A DNA stretch of 56,129 nucleotides from Catajapyx aquilonaris (lineage: Eukaryota), in contig KZ538655.1 in NCBI GenBank assembly GCA_000934665.2, forward strand, positions 1 through 56,129, written 5' to 3'. Made by a program: the position numbers and the translations under genes. Under the pieces are notes generated by a model that was not told the DNA's origin, did no database searches, and was given only the letters and a program-made list of their open reading frames with translations. Below are positions 37,534 to 51,600 of the stretch, in pieces. Position 1 is the first letter of the stretch. The number at the start of each line of letters is the position of its first letter.

Positions 37534-39163
37534 GTTTTACAGGTTTTACAGTAGCCTACTTCTTTCAGCCAAATGGAGTACATGCGTCGGCTCTGCGCTT
37601 ATAACTTACTGTACTTGTACCACATGGATGGCAGAAATGTATTTGGTTAGCGGTAATTTCATTATTTTATATTACATTCCAGGCCATACTCTAGGAATAA
37701 AGCAACAGCAGTAATGCTATAATGTTTGACGTCATTGCAGGGTACTGTACTGTAGGTGCATTGTTGGCGTCATTTCCTGTTTCCCGGCGCTCTATTTCGC
37801 CGTATTTCCTGTGCAAGAGGACATCAAAAAGAAAACTTTTGCCGCAAGTGACCTGGCCATTCGATGTCACTTGATCTTTGAAACGGCGCGGGTAATTCGA
37901 AGGACAAACTCCACTACAACAAAAAATTGTAAAAAAAAAAAAAAAAAAAAAATGTCTGCCGCAAATCGGAGCCCCGGAGTGTTTTTCCAGCTGGATTCTA
38001 TCCCTCGAAAAGAAAGCAAAGGAACCGAGTCCGGTTTGTTTGGGCAAGAGATTGGGGGATGTGGCGGTGGGTTGGAGTAGGGGTGGCGCTTTCCACATTG
38101 ATCTGCACATCAACAGGTCCTAGTTCGCTGTGCAAAAAAAAAAAGTCCAAAACTTTTGCGCATTAGATATTTTTTGCTGAAACTAAACAGTAGCCTGAAG
38201 GATCTGAATCGTGAGTGCAGCAACTTTAGCTTCGGATCCGGGTTTGTCTGGTGCATTTGGCCCCGGGGCAATAGCTCGGGAAGCGAGCGTGGAAAGGAGG
38301 CCGCAGCCAAAGACGAGAACCCCTTTCCCAAGCCTTTCCATGCATCATTTCCTTCCCATTTCCACCGAATATTACTGTTGCCCAAAAGGAGATTAGTGTC
38401 ATTCAGCATCACGGAGGCATTTCCGGAGTTGTAATAATTCAACGCATCCAACAAAGCGACTTTTTCTATCGGCACCGAAGCTACAAGGCCTGATGGAAAC
38501 ATTTTAATAATTGAAAGTATTCCTAATTTATAGTCTGAGACTCGCGGCAAAAACAAGTAGACCCACGCAATTTGCATTGTTCAAATCACATAACAATACA
38601 GCGCTGCTCTTATAATTAACTTATGACAAACCACATTAATCTATTTGTTTTACACTGCTGACATCTATTTAAATTGTGTCCTATAATTTCAATCCAAATG
38701 CCCTTTTTATACTGCAACAAATGCATCCATGATTTTCAACATCATAATTGTGCTGTCGTAAAAGTAAATGCTACGGTAAGTTATATAATAAATGTACAAA
38801 CAGCGCATAGAGAAAGTATATAGGTACTATTGATTTTGGAAGCACTCTGTAAAATGGAGACGTTGCGACATCTTATTTACTTTCCAAAGCCTCGAGTCAC
38901 CCGAATGCACCCTTTAATATAGCAACGCCAGCTCCAAACTTACATTAGTGTGGAGCCATACATTATTGTTACCTTTTTCTGCTGGAGGATATGGTGTTGA
39001 TATATGTGCACTCGGAATTGAAGGTTCGGAAAAAATATTTTTGAAATGTCGCAATGGCTGTGACATTAAGTAGACTGTACTGTAGCACCACATGCTTTCT
39101 GAAGTGCAAACTGGGTAAGATTCTCTCAATGAAACTGAATGATGAACTATGTTATTAGAATTA

Positions 39164-39339
39164 CAGTTGAATCCGGATATAACAGCCTCGGCTATAACAG
39201 ACTTTCGGTTATAACTGACTCGAAAGGGCGGTTCAGGCATGCTTCCATGTATGGCTTTTGTATTCGGCTATAACAGACCTTGGTTATAACATACTGATTT
39301 CCGAGGTCCCTTGAAGTCTGTTATATCCGGATTCCCAAG
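39164..39339. mobile_element. Tigger/pogo-like MITE
   Basis: TA-cagttgaatccggatataaca ... tgttatatccggattcccaag-TA; repeated tataaca motifs. Confidence 0.8.
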
Positions 39340-41553
39340 TATTACTTTGAAAAATGATTTTAACCTGCGAATGTCTCTTCTCCGCGTAAAATAATTATTC
39401 CATATTTGGTTCCATGATGACCTCTGCATTAACCTTTCATGCTGCACAGAATACATTCTGCTAATAAGCGTCGGGGAATAATTTACAATTCAATGCCTCC
39501 GTCGCTGGTTGCAGCACATGCAATGAAGTCTCTAATTGAATTTAAAATGAAAAGGGGAGAATTTTAAATCGATTTATCCTTAGCGCATAGGCAATCGGGC
39601 ATACGCGCATGGAGGCATTTTCATAGACCTGTGTTCCAAATGAATAGATCGTTAGGTTTTGTTCTATCCCCTACTTCAAGTGTTGCGAAGGGAAAATCTT
39701 TTTCCGTAATTAAATACCTTATTTCAAGATCCATAAATACGCATTAACAAATGGCCATTAAAATCTGACGCTAATTAGCGGTGGGAAAAGAAACAGTTAA
39801 TCACAAGGTAATGGCATTTTAAATTATGAATAGTTTTCGGCCTGGGGTGACCTCTGGTGTTCTCGCATCCCGCTTCTCCCCTTTCCAACTTTACACCCGA
39901 CCCTCGTATTTCACTGGTCCAACTTGGGGATGGGTGACGGGATGCTATCGTTAAATCGGGCCCAGGATATAATAATTATGATACGAAAAGTTAGTGGGCG
40001 GATGAAATGTAGCAAAAAAGGAGAGATAATGATATTCTCACGCTTGGTTGATTTCAAGTCCAGCCATTTTTGTGGGAGAAAAAATGACCAGCCGCCAGGT
40101 AGCCTACATAGTTCTCTCAGATAAGCTAGGCCTAGCTAGGAATCGTAGTTCATAGTCCGATTGGTCGAGAGCACTGGTAGCTATAGTTGTCAATGGTGAT
40201 GCCTGGTAATGTGTGAGAAGTAGTTAACTGCTGATGAAAATTGGACGCCCGGGCTGATATTCGTCAGCTGCACCTGATTGACCACATTGCGATGCACTGT
40301 CATGCGCAACCCTTTCCAATACCCCTCCCACCGCCCACCCTACCTGCCTAAAAAATGGCCAAAGGCGGTTTTAATTGCAGCCAGTCCTGGGTGTCGATTC
40401 AGGCCCATTTTTCGTTGTACTGCCATGCTTGGTTGGATTTAAAACAACAACAAAAAATGGGAAATGAACGAAAGGGTAGGGAGGGTTGAAATAGACCAAC
40501 CCTTCTGCCCCCTCCCCCCAACAGAAAAAAGAGAGTCCGAGGGATAATTTGTTGCACATGTGATTGGGAGCGCCAGCTGGGCATGAGCATCGTCGATGAC
40601 GCGCCGCCACAAATATTCTAATTGGCTCTCGGTCCCCGACACGGAGAAATTTATCTCCGTGATTCATGAACCCCGAGGTAATGAAATGTATATGATGGAT
40701 GTCCGCCTCGCAGTGCGCTCTCCTGTTTCCCTGCTGATAACCGCTCATCACTCCTACTCTACCTGCTACTAATATTCATCCCCCCAACGGTCCGACCTTT
40801 CTGGCCAAATATACAGGGGGAGGAAGAATCACGTCCGACGACGCAAAGGGACCTGACGAGTGCAAATTCCCGCAGGGGGAGGAGGTGGAGGAGTAGGAGG
40901 AGTAGGAGGAGGACACCAGCCCCATACCTACCGTGCACCTCATTTAACATCACGCACAACACACATAGCCTACTACACGTTATGACTTGCTCTTTACAAA
41001 ATTCTCTCAATCAAACACGTTTTCGTTGCAAATTCATTTCAAAGGTTTTATTTCACACTTTAATGACACTGCCAAATGGTTGCATAGTGTCGAGGAGCTT
41101 TTAGACGACGCACTACTCATTTGGGAGGTTCCGGGTATGGCAGGGGTGTTCCTGCAACGTTGTATGGTCAACTGATGGGCACCAGCGGGTCAAATTGTAG
41201 TGGTATTGTAGAGGTAATTGGCCTTAATCAAAGAGTGCATTAAACCATGCATGCAGCATGCAGCAGATCCATTCTGTGACATTTCCATCAACTCGGCTCG
41301 CTGCCTGCTATGCACATAATGAGGATGCAATTTAAATTTAAATTGCGCGATAATAGCTAAAACTTATTTAAAAAGCTTGATATCTTGGAAGGATGTATAC
41401 CTTACCTGCCAGGATACTTTTTACCTAGTATTTGTAGCCAATTAACTCGGAGCTAACCAAGTTGCGAAGGCGAAATCATACCGTACCACTGACTTCATAA
41501 AACGATCCTCTGCTCCGGTCCAATGGAGTTCTTCCTAGAAGTTTGTCTGTATT

Positions 41554-42006
41554 ATTTATTTATTTATTTATTTTACCCCGTGATAGGCCTACATAGGCCA
41601 TGTTGGGGGGGTGGTACACCACCATCGATTTTCTCGTTCTATTTTTCTTTTCTCCGGTGCAAGGAGACAGGATAGGGATAATGAGGGGGGGACACTGGTG
41701 CAGGTGCAATGTCTCAAGTTGGGGGTCGTGTGCAGTCCCCCAGGGGGTCAGGTTGCAAGACAATCCCCTAGGTGCGGGTCAGAAAACCCCACCGACACCG
41801 CACCTCCTCATGGACGGGACAAGGATAGGAAAGGAAGGAATCGGCTGTGGCCTATTATTTAGGAAGCAACCCCGGTATTCTCCTGGGTGGACCGTGGGAA
41901 ACCACAGAAAACCATGGTTAGGATTTCCGACCTCGTCGGGACTCGAACCCAGGACCTCCCGATTAGCAGTCGGACACCATATCCACTCCACCACTACTGC
42001 TTCGGT
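41554..42006 (-). mobile_element. tRNA-derived SINE, family A (tail type 2)
   Basis: TSD agtttgtc(t/g)gtatt (41540-53 / 42007-20); (TAAA)n end. Confidence 0.9.
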
Positions 42007-42154
42007 AGTTTGTCGGTATTGTTACGAGTCACATAATGAGCGACTTTATCACAACACCCAGTGCATGTTATGCAGACCTAAAATCATAGGGTCAGTTGTG
42101 TGTGCAGTACATTCCTATCTGATCTCCTAATATGAAGTGAGGTGGTTTCAAATG

Positions 42155-42480
42155 CAGTAGAACCCCGATTATCCGTCACCTATGGGATTGGGGCATTGTC
42201 AGATAGCAGAAACGGTCGGATAATCCGAGGGGCAAAGGAAAACACCTAGAAAGAGCATTTAAAAAACCTTTAAATAATTACAATATTACGCTTTTCTCAG
42301 AAATAGTGAAGTACATGCATTTATCTTTTATGGTACACATTCTGATGTTTAAAATTTAACTAAGGCAATACAAAACAAATGATTAGTATGCCTGCATTAC
42401 AGCATTTGATGAGAAACGTACATTTATTGCTGTAGCAGGACGGTTGGATAATCCTAGGTAGGATAAACAGGGTTCTACTG
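42155..42480. mobile_element. Tigger/pogo-like MITE
   Basis: TIR cagtagaaccc..ttatcc / ggataa..gggttctactg; TG on both flanks. Confidence 0.8.
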
Positions 42481-42673
42481 TGTGTTTGTCCACCGGGTGA
42501 ACAATTAAAAGTAAAGTCGGCAGGTGTACACGTCTTCACATATTTATACAAGTAAGATAAAGTTGTGTCCATGTGTAACATTATTTTGATCTTGATGAGG
42601 CTAGGGAAATGTGCATCTGGTCAAAGTGCAACATGTTTATTTCACTCCACGCGACATGTGCTGGCAATGTAAT

Positions 42674-42964
42674 TCTAATTCTAATTCTAATTCATACTCC
42701 GTTATCAGCCGGCGGCTCTTTAGGGGCGAATTTTTGTTTTGTCTGGAACTCTTTGCTTGCATTTTTACTTATTGCTTTTTGGGAGAGGATAGGAAGGGAA
42801 GGGGGCGGCTGTGGCCTGTTTATTAGGAAACAACTCCGGAATTCTCCTGGAGAAACCGTGGGAAACCACAGAAAACCACGGTTAGAGTTGCCGGCACCGG
42901 GATTCGAACCCAGGACCTCCCGATTAGCAGTCGGACGCCTTATCCATTATGCCAACCTGCTTCG
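42674..42964 (-). mobile_element. tRNA-derived SINE, family A ((GAATTA)n end)
   Basis: TSD gtgctggcaatgtaat (42658-73 / 42965-80); tRNA-Arg-like head taatggataaggcgtccgact...ggttcgaatcc. Confidence 0.92.
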
Positions 42965-43280
42965 GTGCTGGCAATGTAATGAGCCTGTGCCGCCATGGAA
43001 ACAATGCCTGAATGACTAAAATACCAATAAATCTCCAAAAATGTGATTTCCGTTCTAATCCTATTTTATGCCAAAAACGTGAAATTCAACATTTAGAAAG
43101 GACTCTGATAAGAATATTGTTAATCGATAAGCCATAAAACGATTGCGTCTAATTTTCCATTCCATATTCCGATTAATAATTAAATAATTCATGCAAAGAT
43201 CGGTGCAAAACACAGCTTGTCTCAGATTGTCTATAAAATTATAACAATAGTAGGCCTACTATATGCAATTATGCAATAAT

Positions 43281-43684
43281 GCAATAATGCGTCAACCCAC
43301 ATGAGAACAGTTTTGAGAAAAGGGGCTTTGAAGGTCATACCTGTGAAAGTCATTCAGTGTTCTTTTCGGTCATTTATGGCAGAAGTATGCAGATTATTTC
43401 ACCAGTGTAATTTTAACTGAATTAAGTAGGATCCTCTAGGTATATGTTCCTAGGCTTAGCTCAATTTTGATCTTATATTTTGTGGGTTGACAAATTACTG
43501 CATTTTAACACCGTCCATGCACACCATTTGTGAGTTAACTTTTCGTTCATTTGTGGCAGATGTATGCAGATTTCGCCACCTTGATTGTAACTGAATGAAG
43601 TACTATCCTTTGGGTACATGTTCCTGAGCTTAACTAAATTTTGACATATTTGTGGGTTGATCCATTATTCCATGACACCGTCCA
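43281..43684 (-). mobile_element. Dispersed repeat with internal tandem unit, copy 2
   Basis: Reverse complement of 23308-23706. Confidence 0.8.
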
Positions 43685-45181
43685 TATTATGTTAAGTTTG
43701 TTCTAGAAATCTAGAGGGAATGTTTCCGTATATGAAGAAATTAAATTTATCGCATTTTAAAAATTTTGCCTATATAAACAGAGTAATTCAAAGGTTAAAT
43801 TTTTGCCTCGCGTTCAAAAACATGATGAACAAACAGCTTTTTGTGCCGGCCGCTATCATGTCAGTGTCAGGGATATTTAGTGATTTCTGCAAAATGATAA
43901 AAAAGCATTACTTGGGATAAAAACGGAATTCAGTTTCATGCATTACAAGTCAGAGAGCCTGTGATATTACCGGCATGGTGATTACGTGCCCTAGGTCTAC
44001 CATTTAAGCATATAAACAGATGTCCTCCGCCGGACTGTCCAATACATATCCCCCCGTACGTGGTATGGCCGCGTTTATGACGTAATGGCCGAACTTAATT
44101 ACTAACGAGCATATTAACATATCTGCGTGCTGGAGCAAAGGAAGCTAGCTTTGATCCGTTCAACAGGTTCAAAAAAGAGGGACGTCCCCTTCATCCATTC
44201 GGGATTAAATTAATCCCACGTTATCTATTTTAAACGGGTTGAGCTCCTCCCCTCCTCTCCGCTCTCCCACCATCGCCTCCTCCATCCCCCATGCCTTTTC
44301 ACAGCCACCGGATTAAATATTTTAAATCCGGGACCGGCAGCAAAACAATGTCTCGTCACGAGCAACATGGCGGCCGGCAACAGGTGACATCGGGTGACCC
44401 TCATCCACAGGAACGCCCTCTTGCTGTGAGTAGCTTAGTGACCTCAGTTTACCTTGATGAAAAGAAAAATTAATATGATTTACACTATCTAACTATGTAT
44501 CCCCCGACATCAGATATTATATACGGTAGTATCCACAACGGTAATTATATGCCAATTGCCATACTGTTCTGCTGACATGATAATGTCAGGACGTGCCTTT
44601 GTCCTGGCATTATTTTGTCTAATTGAATAATATTTGCTTGAATACGTTTAGAGAAACAGTGCTGACTGTCAACGTTTCATACATTTTTTTGTAAATTATT
44701 TCTGTTGTTCCAGTACACATTACACAGTAGGCTATGGTATATTTTGTGTGATGGCGAATGTCTTGATTTGCATCGACTACGCAAAAATTTCCCACTACTC
44801 TTAATATACTACTGTAGGCCTATTGTACAGAAAGCAGAATCATTATGTTATTTTCCTAAATCTGTGGAAATGACAGTAACGTAGGATATTTTGTAAAGAC
44901 TTCCTTCACAGCTATGATAATGAATGAATGATCTAGACCTCTGTTTCAGAATAATTATTTTAGTGGAACTTGTTCTCTGTAGTACTGTATTAGGTAAAAG
45001 TGGAAACTCAGCTTTTTTCATATTCTCTAAAAGTCTAAGTTATAACGATATGGACCTGAAAGTCCAGAATTTGCACCATTGACTTTAATGACCAAAGAAA
45101 GCACTCGAATCCCTCCAGATTTTTTGTTTCAATTTTCATATAGGCCTACTTGATAGTTGATACTGACGATCAACGCCCGGA

Positions 45182-45518
45182 CACTACCCCTACACTATTA
45201 TCTTATCGCCTGACGGGGCGTTTTGCATGAGGTGCTCACTTGAGAGCGCCATTGAGCGCCTTTCACTGCTACGTTATGTGGCGAACCTACCGGACCGCGC
45301 TGAACTTTATAGGTAGCCTACAAAGGGGAAGAGCTACATTAGGGGACCCAACATGGTCGCCGGCGGCTACGTTGGGCCCGCATGTAGCGGCTTCCCTTCT
45401 ACCTAAGTTCAGCGTAGTCCGGTAGGGTCGCCACATAATGTAGCAGTGAAAGTCGGTCTATGGCGCTCTCAAGTGAGCACCCCATGCAAAACGCCCCGGA
45501 AGGTGATAAGAGGTAGTG
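45182..45518. mobile_element. CACTA-ended palindromic MITE
   Basis: cactacc...ggtagtg termini; ~140-bp inverted arms; TSD not resolved. Confidence 0.75.
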
Positions 45519-48342
45519 ACCAGACCTTAGTATTATACATGGCCACCTAGAGACTCTAGGTGGCCATGGTATTATAAGACCATGCTGGCGATAGATAATG
45601 TTCGATTTTTGGAGTTCCCGTGTTGTTCACTAACCTGAACTTTAATGCAATACTGATGTGTGAGCATGCATAATTCACCACGGAGAAATACCTCATTTGA
45701 TGTTTCGGCACATTGTACAAACATCATTGTGCAAGCATAGATTTTATTAAATTTAATATACTGTATTATTCAGTGAACCGTATATATTATGACTCATAAA
45801 ATTGAACATCATTACAACTGTCAAAATATTATACCGTAATTTAAAATTCTGTATGTTTCCTCACGCCATGTACGGTCATTTTAGATAAGTTTTCGAATTT
45901 GAGATAATTATGAAGCCCAAATTTATAACTCAGAGAATAGGAAGAAATCGAGTTTCATAATAATTTTAATTATTTGGACAACTTTCATTAAATGTTATCA
46001 ATGTTATAGTGTTACACAGCAAAATCAAGCGCAATAAAATGATTCCAGGTACGAACCATCTTCACGGAGAAGTGGATAAAAAGACGTTAATCAGCAGCAA
46101 AAGTAATGCTAATGAGTATAGGCCTACTATATTGCAAATTCTCTTAGAAAACTTTAGTGTGCATGAAAATAGTTGAGACTATAGCTGTATACGCCAATAA
46201 CATTAGGATATTCGAGCGAGGCTACAATATTTTAAATGATGAGAGAATAATGGCAGGAAGGGTAGATTCTTCCTTCCATAATAATCCAATGGACACACCC
46301 TCTAAACGACGTGATTAAAGTTACTTTGAAATAACAAGTGATGTGAGTGGGTTAGAGCCAAGTCAACCCCCTTGGCATGAATGCTGCAACAATGCAACTG
46401 AGCAATAGCAATGCGATTCAATGTGCCCGGAAGTGTATTAGCACCGCATAACTCCCAAACTTTGTTGTGCACATGTATAAGCGTGCGCAAGATCGAAGTT
46501 CGAGAGTTGGGGAGGGGAGGGAGGGAGGGAGGGAGGGAGGGGGGATGGGGAGGGGAGGGGGGAGGGGAGGGGTGTTGGTTGGTAGGGGATGCTGCGAGTG
46601 CTCTCCAGGCCTCCAGATGAGTTTGGTAGGAGAGCAAGGGCCCTGGTGAGCTGCGGGTTGGTCTTGGGGGTATCGTGTCAAATCGGATAGGGGGTACCGG
46701 TAAGGGGATGCGGTGTGAGTAGTGTCCGGCGCCGTGTGGGTGATGTGTGGACGGGACCATGTCGACTGCAGGTCCACGATGCCTTTTATACTACCTGCTG
46801 TGTCTGGTCATCTCGTCGCTTTTCGCCCATGCTGCCACTACGGACAAGATACCGCTCGGTATGTACCCTATACACAGAATCGTCTGCCTGCAGACAGGTG
46901 CATACCGGCCAGTAATCGTGCACCTGATGCTGCTACAAATTGACATGCAACTTAACAGTTCATGATTGAGCACGTGATGCATTGCACCATTAGTAGCGCC
47001 GTTCAGCTGTTAATAATTGAATTGGAATAAACTAACCCCCGCGAATTCCTTGGCACCACGCGCGATCATTATAACCCTCAGCCGTCCTTCCCAAATTATA
47101 TCAACGCATTGTTACACTTGTGTACAACATACTGACTGTGTGTGCACTCAATACTGCATATTGCTATGGTTAGGCGCATAATGCATCCTCCTGTATAATA
47201 CAACATATTTCGGCTGATTGATTTTTCGACATTTCATAACTGAGATTTACAATTAACATCAATGCACAGTGTTTTTGCCAAACTTGTATGCTGTCTAGTC
47301 AAATGAAGTTCTATCCATCAGACTCGGAACCTTTTCCCGGCCGATTCTGTGACGTGGGCTTAAGGGCCACTAAATGCAGCTCAGTAAACAAACGTGCAAT
47401 TCTGTGCCATGCAGCCATTTAAATTTAAATCTCGCTTTTAAGAATTCCGATATTACAATATGAAAAATATGCTCACCGTGACACAAAACTCGGATCCATC
47501 GACTTACTTTATCGATTATGAGTTAGGAAAGACGTGCAAGATTTGGAACTGCCTCACCCGGAACTATCTTTGCATGCAAAAATGTTGCATTTCGGCAGTG
47601 GTTTATGGCCGGCTCGATGCAGAAAAGTTTTTGTAAAAAGCGAGAGAAAATGCTTTACCCCACCTTTTTTGAAAGAAACAACAATGAAAATATAAAAAAA
47701 AAGTTCCGAGAGTGTTGCAATACTTGAAATGTCGGATCCTGATTATTTCATCATCGAGTTCAGAACCTCTTTTGTTCACTTTCACAATCAATAGCAGTAT
47801 CAGGTTTCACTCTATTCTCAGGTTTAATTTGTGGAGGGCTTTTTAGCTCGAAAAAACTGGGCTTTAGGTTGAGGGCAATTCTGATGTAATTTTTGGGTTC
47901 GCGGGTGGTGTGTGGATGCCACAACAATTGCAATGGAATCAAAACACAATTAGATTGGACATTCCCCGCTTCCTGTTCGTTGCAGTTTAATGGGCAATAA
48001 ATTCTTCCATCAATTGAAACTCGCTTATACCAAACCAGACCCCTAATGGTATATTTGGATTCCGGCTCTTTTCAATTCCACGCCATTATTTTTCTGCACT
48101 CAATGAGGATTGATGCAGGCAGATTTTATTGAAATTAATTAAATTATGCTTGTCGGAGCTGGCCGCGTACAAATATTAATAATGATACATAGCACCTAAT
48201 ATGTTATCGGGTAGTTTGCAACATGTATGTGTCCACCCTAAGTTCCGATACAAAATGCAGTCCAATCATCCAGGGTCGACATGTGCTTGATAATGGAATG
48301 ACTCTTGCGAACATTGATACTGTAATATTATGTTGTGTGTCT

Positions 48343-48360
48343 AATAATAATAATAATAAT

Positions 48361-48412
<52 letters not shown>

Positions 48413-48652
48413 GATTCCCCGTGACAGGCCTCCTTGGGCCTCTTAGGGGATCACCTTTTGAATAACAGTCTTTAATCATTGCCTGCGTGTGATGGATTTT
48501 GATTGTGGGAGGAAACGGGAGAACCCCGAGAAAACCCACGTGAACACGGAGAGAACCCACGCGAACACGGAGAGAACCCATCGAAACTCTATCCACAACA
48601 GTATCCTCTGTCCCATCCGGGGATCGAACTCGGGACCTTAGAGGTGGAAGGA
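48343..48652 (-). mobile_element. SINE family D with V-domain-like core (tail type 2)
   Basis: Minus: B-box gagttcgatccc, then gagtttcgatgggttctctccgtgttcgcgtggg...ttttctcggggttctcccgtttcctcccacaatcaaaa; (TTA)n tail; possible 7-bp TSD tgtgtct; A-box missing. Confidence 0.85.
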
Positions 48653-51600
48653 TGTGTCTCCCATATTGTGTAGTATGCAATGTGTGCCGACTAAATTGTT
48701 CGTATGAGTAGCATTTTTCGCACGAACATGCTTATTTTAAGGAATTACTTTGCAGCTGCTATAATATTATTAAAAGATGTTATCTAATAATAGTGTGTTA
48801 GGTCGAATTGGCGGATCCTGGTAAATTAATGCAAGAGGGTCTAATAAAATCACCGCGAGTGTCAGTGAGTGAGAAAGTGTCACTCGCAATGTCTTAAACT
48901 CAGAAATTCAGCGTAATTCAGTTTCAGAATCAACTTTTGCAGCCGTAAAATTAATATGCCTACGCAGTTCTTTTTACAGTGCAAAAATACAATACAGTAT
49001 AATGGATTAGAGTCACTGCCGATACCTACCGTATGTAATACGTCTATTGTGAACATGCAATCTTGTTCATATCTCATTATTGTTTTATTCTCTTCAGTAC
49101 CGGTACACAAGTTACGCACTGCATGGTATATGAACTAGGCGTTACTTGAATATTACTTGACAGCATAGTAATAAGACACTCTAAACCATCAAGTGTATTA
49201 ACTCTGATGTTTCCATATGATATTAAGCTTGTCTGATCTAGCTGATATAATAAAGCCTGTTATGCTTGAGCCAAACCAGTGATAATGCACTTAATGAAGC
49301 CCCAAGCAGTGAGTAATAACGCATATTATGAAGCTGGTTCCTAATTCTCTGATCTCCTTCAAATGGATGCCTTTATTAAGTGTCACGGTGCAAATAGACT
49401 TTTACGAATTTCACCTCTGTTCATGTTTACAAAGTGAAAGAACAAACTAAACTCTAATTTAACTGTGCAGCACGTCGTCCTAGATCAAATAGTACTATAT
49501 GACGAATTTCGGAAATACGCTGTAAAAGAAAAGGTGGCGTCAAGTAGGTAAAATAGACCACTTCATTATGATCATCCTTACTCGAGAACTTAGTTTTACA
49601 GACTGATATTCTGGGTTTACTTATTATGACTTATTGCGAACTTTATTCTCTCCTGTGACTTCTGTGAGGATCATCAAAATAGAATAATCAACCCATGTTC
49701 CTATTCACCCTCAAAGTGTCTGTATTTAAACGTCAACTTTGCTTTTCTGAGGGTAGCACAAAATTTCTCTAGCCTATATTATATGATATATCCATGAGTG
49801 ACTCCATACTCCAAAACCATTCTTAATGTATTTTGCGGAACTTAGTAAGTTGACTAAGTATTTGAAAATTTAATTCACTTCATTCAGTTTGACGTGCACG
49901 GTTAAGGTCGGTGTAAGACGACCATATCCAGTAACGGAAGCGACGTAAAGCTTGATGGATTACACCCTCATCCAGTCACGCAAGTTATTTCAGTCCAATG
50001 TGCATATTAGAATCTACCAGTCAGAATGCTGATGCACTACAACTGGAGAGAGTATACATTGTTGGAGAAGTCAACTTAGATGCAGGTAACCATCCTGTGA
50101 GTGATGTGGCATACGATAGTGCAATAAAAAGAGAAGCTGAATGTAAGTTATATTAATTCCATAACCAAAGTTCATAAAGCTCAATTCGATCTATGTCAGT
50201 TGCAATAATAAATTATTTTTTGTGACATACATAATGAGACTAGGAGAGATTAAATCCATTGAAACATTTTATGGTGCAAATAAGTCTTAAAGAGTATAGA
50301 AGAAATACAGACTCTCATTTTTATGGGTCATTAAGTTTGTAAATTTTTGTTTGAGCTAATTACTGCCTCTGCAGTTTTGTCATTGGGCCGAGAATAATAT
50401 TTGATGTAACGAAAGTCTCACTAAAGGCCGTTTGGCGTGATCGATGGTAAACCCAGATCAATTGATTAATCTTGTGAGTATAACATGGATCAAATATACT
50501 TGTTCTGGATTTATCATGTATCACGAAACCGGCATAAACATGTCCCTATACACTTTGTGTTCCGGGTTGTACACACACGCAATGTTACAGGAAAGTTTCA
50601 AACCATTACAATCCGTGCTGTAATGCCTTTCAAAAATTCTCCTACTTGTCCCACAAATATATTCTGATTCTTTGTAAACTTGACCGGGTATAACCGGATA
50701 AAATGAAGGCTCATATCCACTTCAACGAAAATCTAGAGGATTCTCACCTCCAGTCTTTCATACTTCCAAGCTAATAAAAAATTGAAGAAAATCACTGACT
50801 ATACACGGCAAACACACTCAAAATTACGACGTAATCTAAATTTTCTCTTTAATTTACTTTCATTCAACTCCCTTCAAGTTAGTGCCATGGCAGAAGGCTG
50901 CTGTTGGAAAGGTGATTAAATAGGCCCTCCCACATTTGCCACATTTGAATGCGAGGCTACAGAGGCGAGGGTCCGCGAAATTGTGTAAATTGCGGTATAC
51001 GGAGGTGAGCTGACTTCTCTCCACCCGGTATATTGCAGTTCCCGGAAATGAAAATATGGCATATCCGCCACAATTTTTAACGAGCCGCCATAATATATTG
51101 TGAGACTCAGATTGTCAGATACAAAATTCCAACACTGAATATTATTATTGAAAATATCTCGAGTCGATGATTAAAAGCTAGTCATGCTTTTCCACGCCCT
51201 CCCAGGTTCCTTCCATAATTAATTTTGCCTGAGAAAGCTGAGTACACATAATCTAAACCAAGCCAAAATCCGCATCCTCGATCCGATGCGCAGTTCCCTC
51301 AATCAACCGAGCGCGTCCCAGCTCGCCATAAACTCTCCGATACCACTCCAATTTTTAAGCAGTTCCTTCCCAAAAAACCTTGCATCGTCTCTTTTTATAT
51401 AGCACGTTAAACCCTAGGCCTAATCAGCAGGTCGTAGGTGACCAGTCTTTTTGCTGCGCCGTCAAAAAGATGTCTCCCCGATCTGTATTCCATCAACGCC
51501 ATCTGTTGACTGGAATGGATTCATTTCACACGGGGACTTGAACCTTTTTTTACCGGCATTTTTGCTGACAAATACCAGGCAGGAAGCGCGAGACTGGGTC

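Noticed and set aside
41397..41420. U1 snRNA-like start (ataccttacctgccagg)
   Set aside because: Similarity ends after about 15 nt.
42880..42965. tRNA gene (also the other SINE heads)
   Set aside because: tRNA-like A/B boxes run into a shared SINE body, tail and TSD; these are SINE heads, not tRNA genes.
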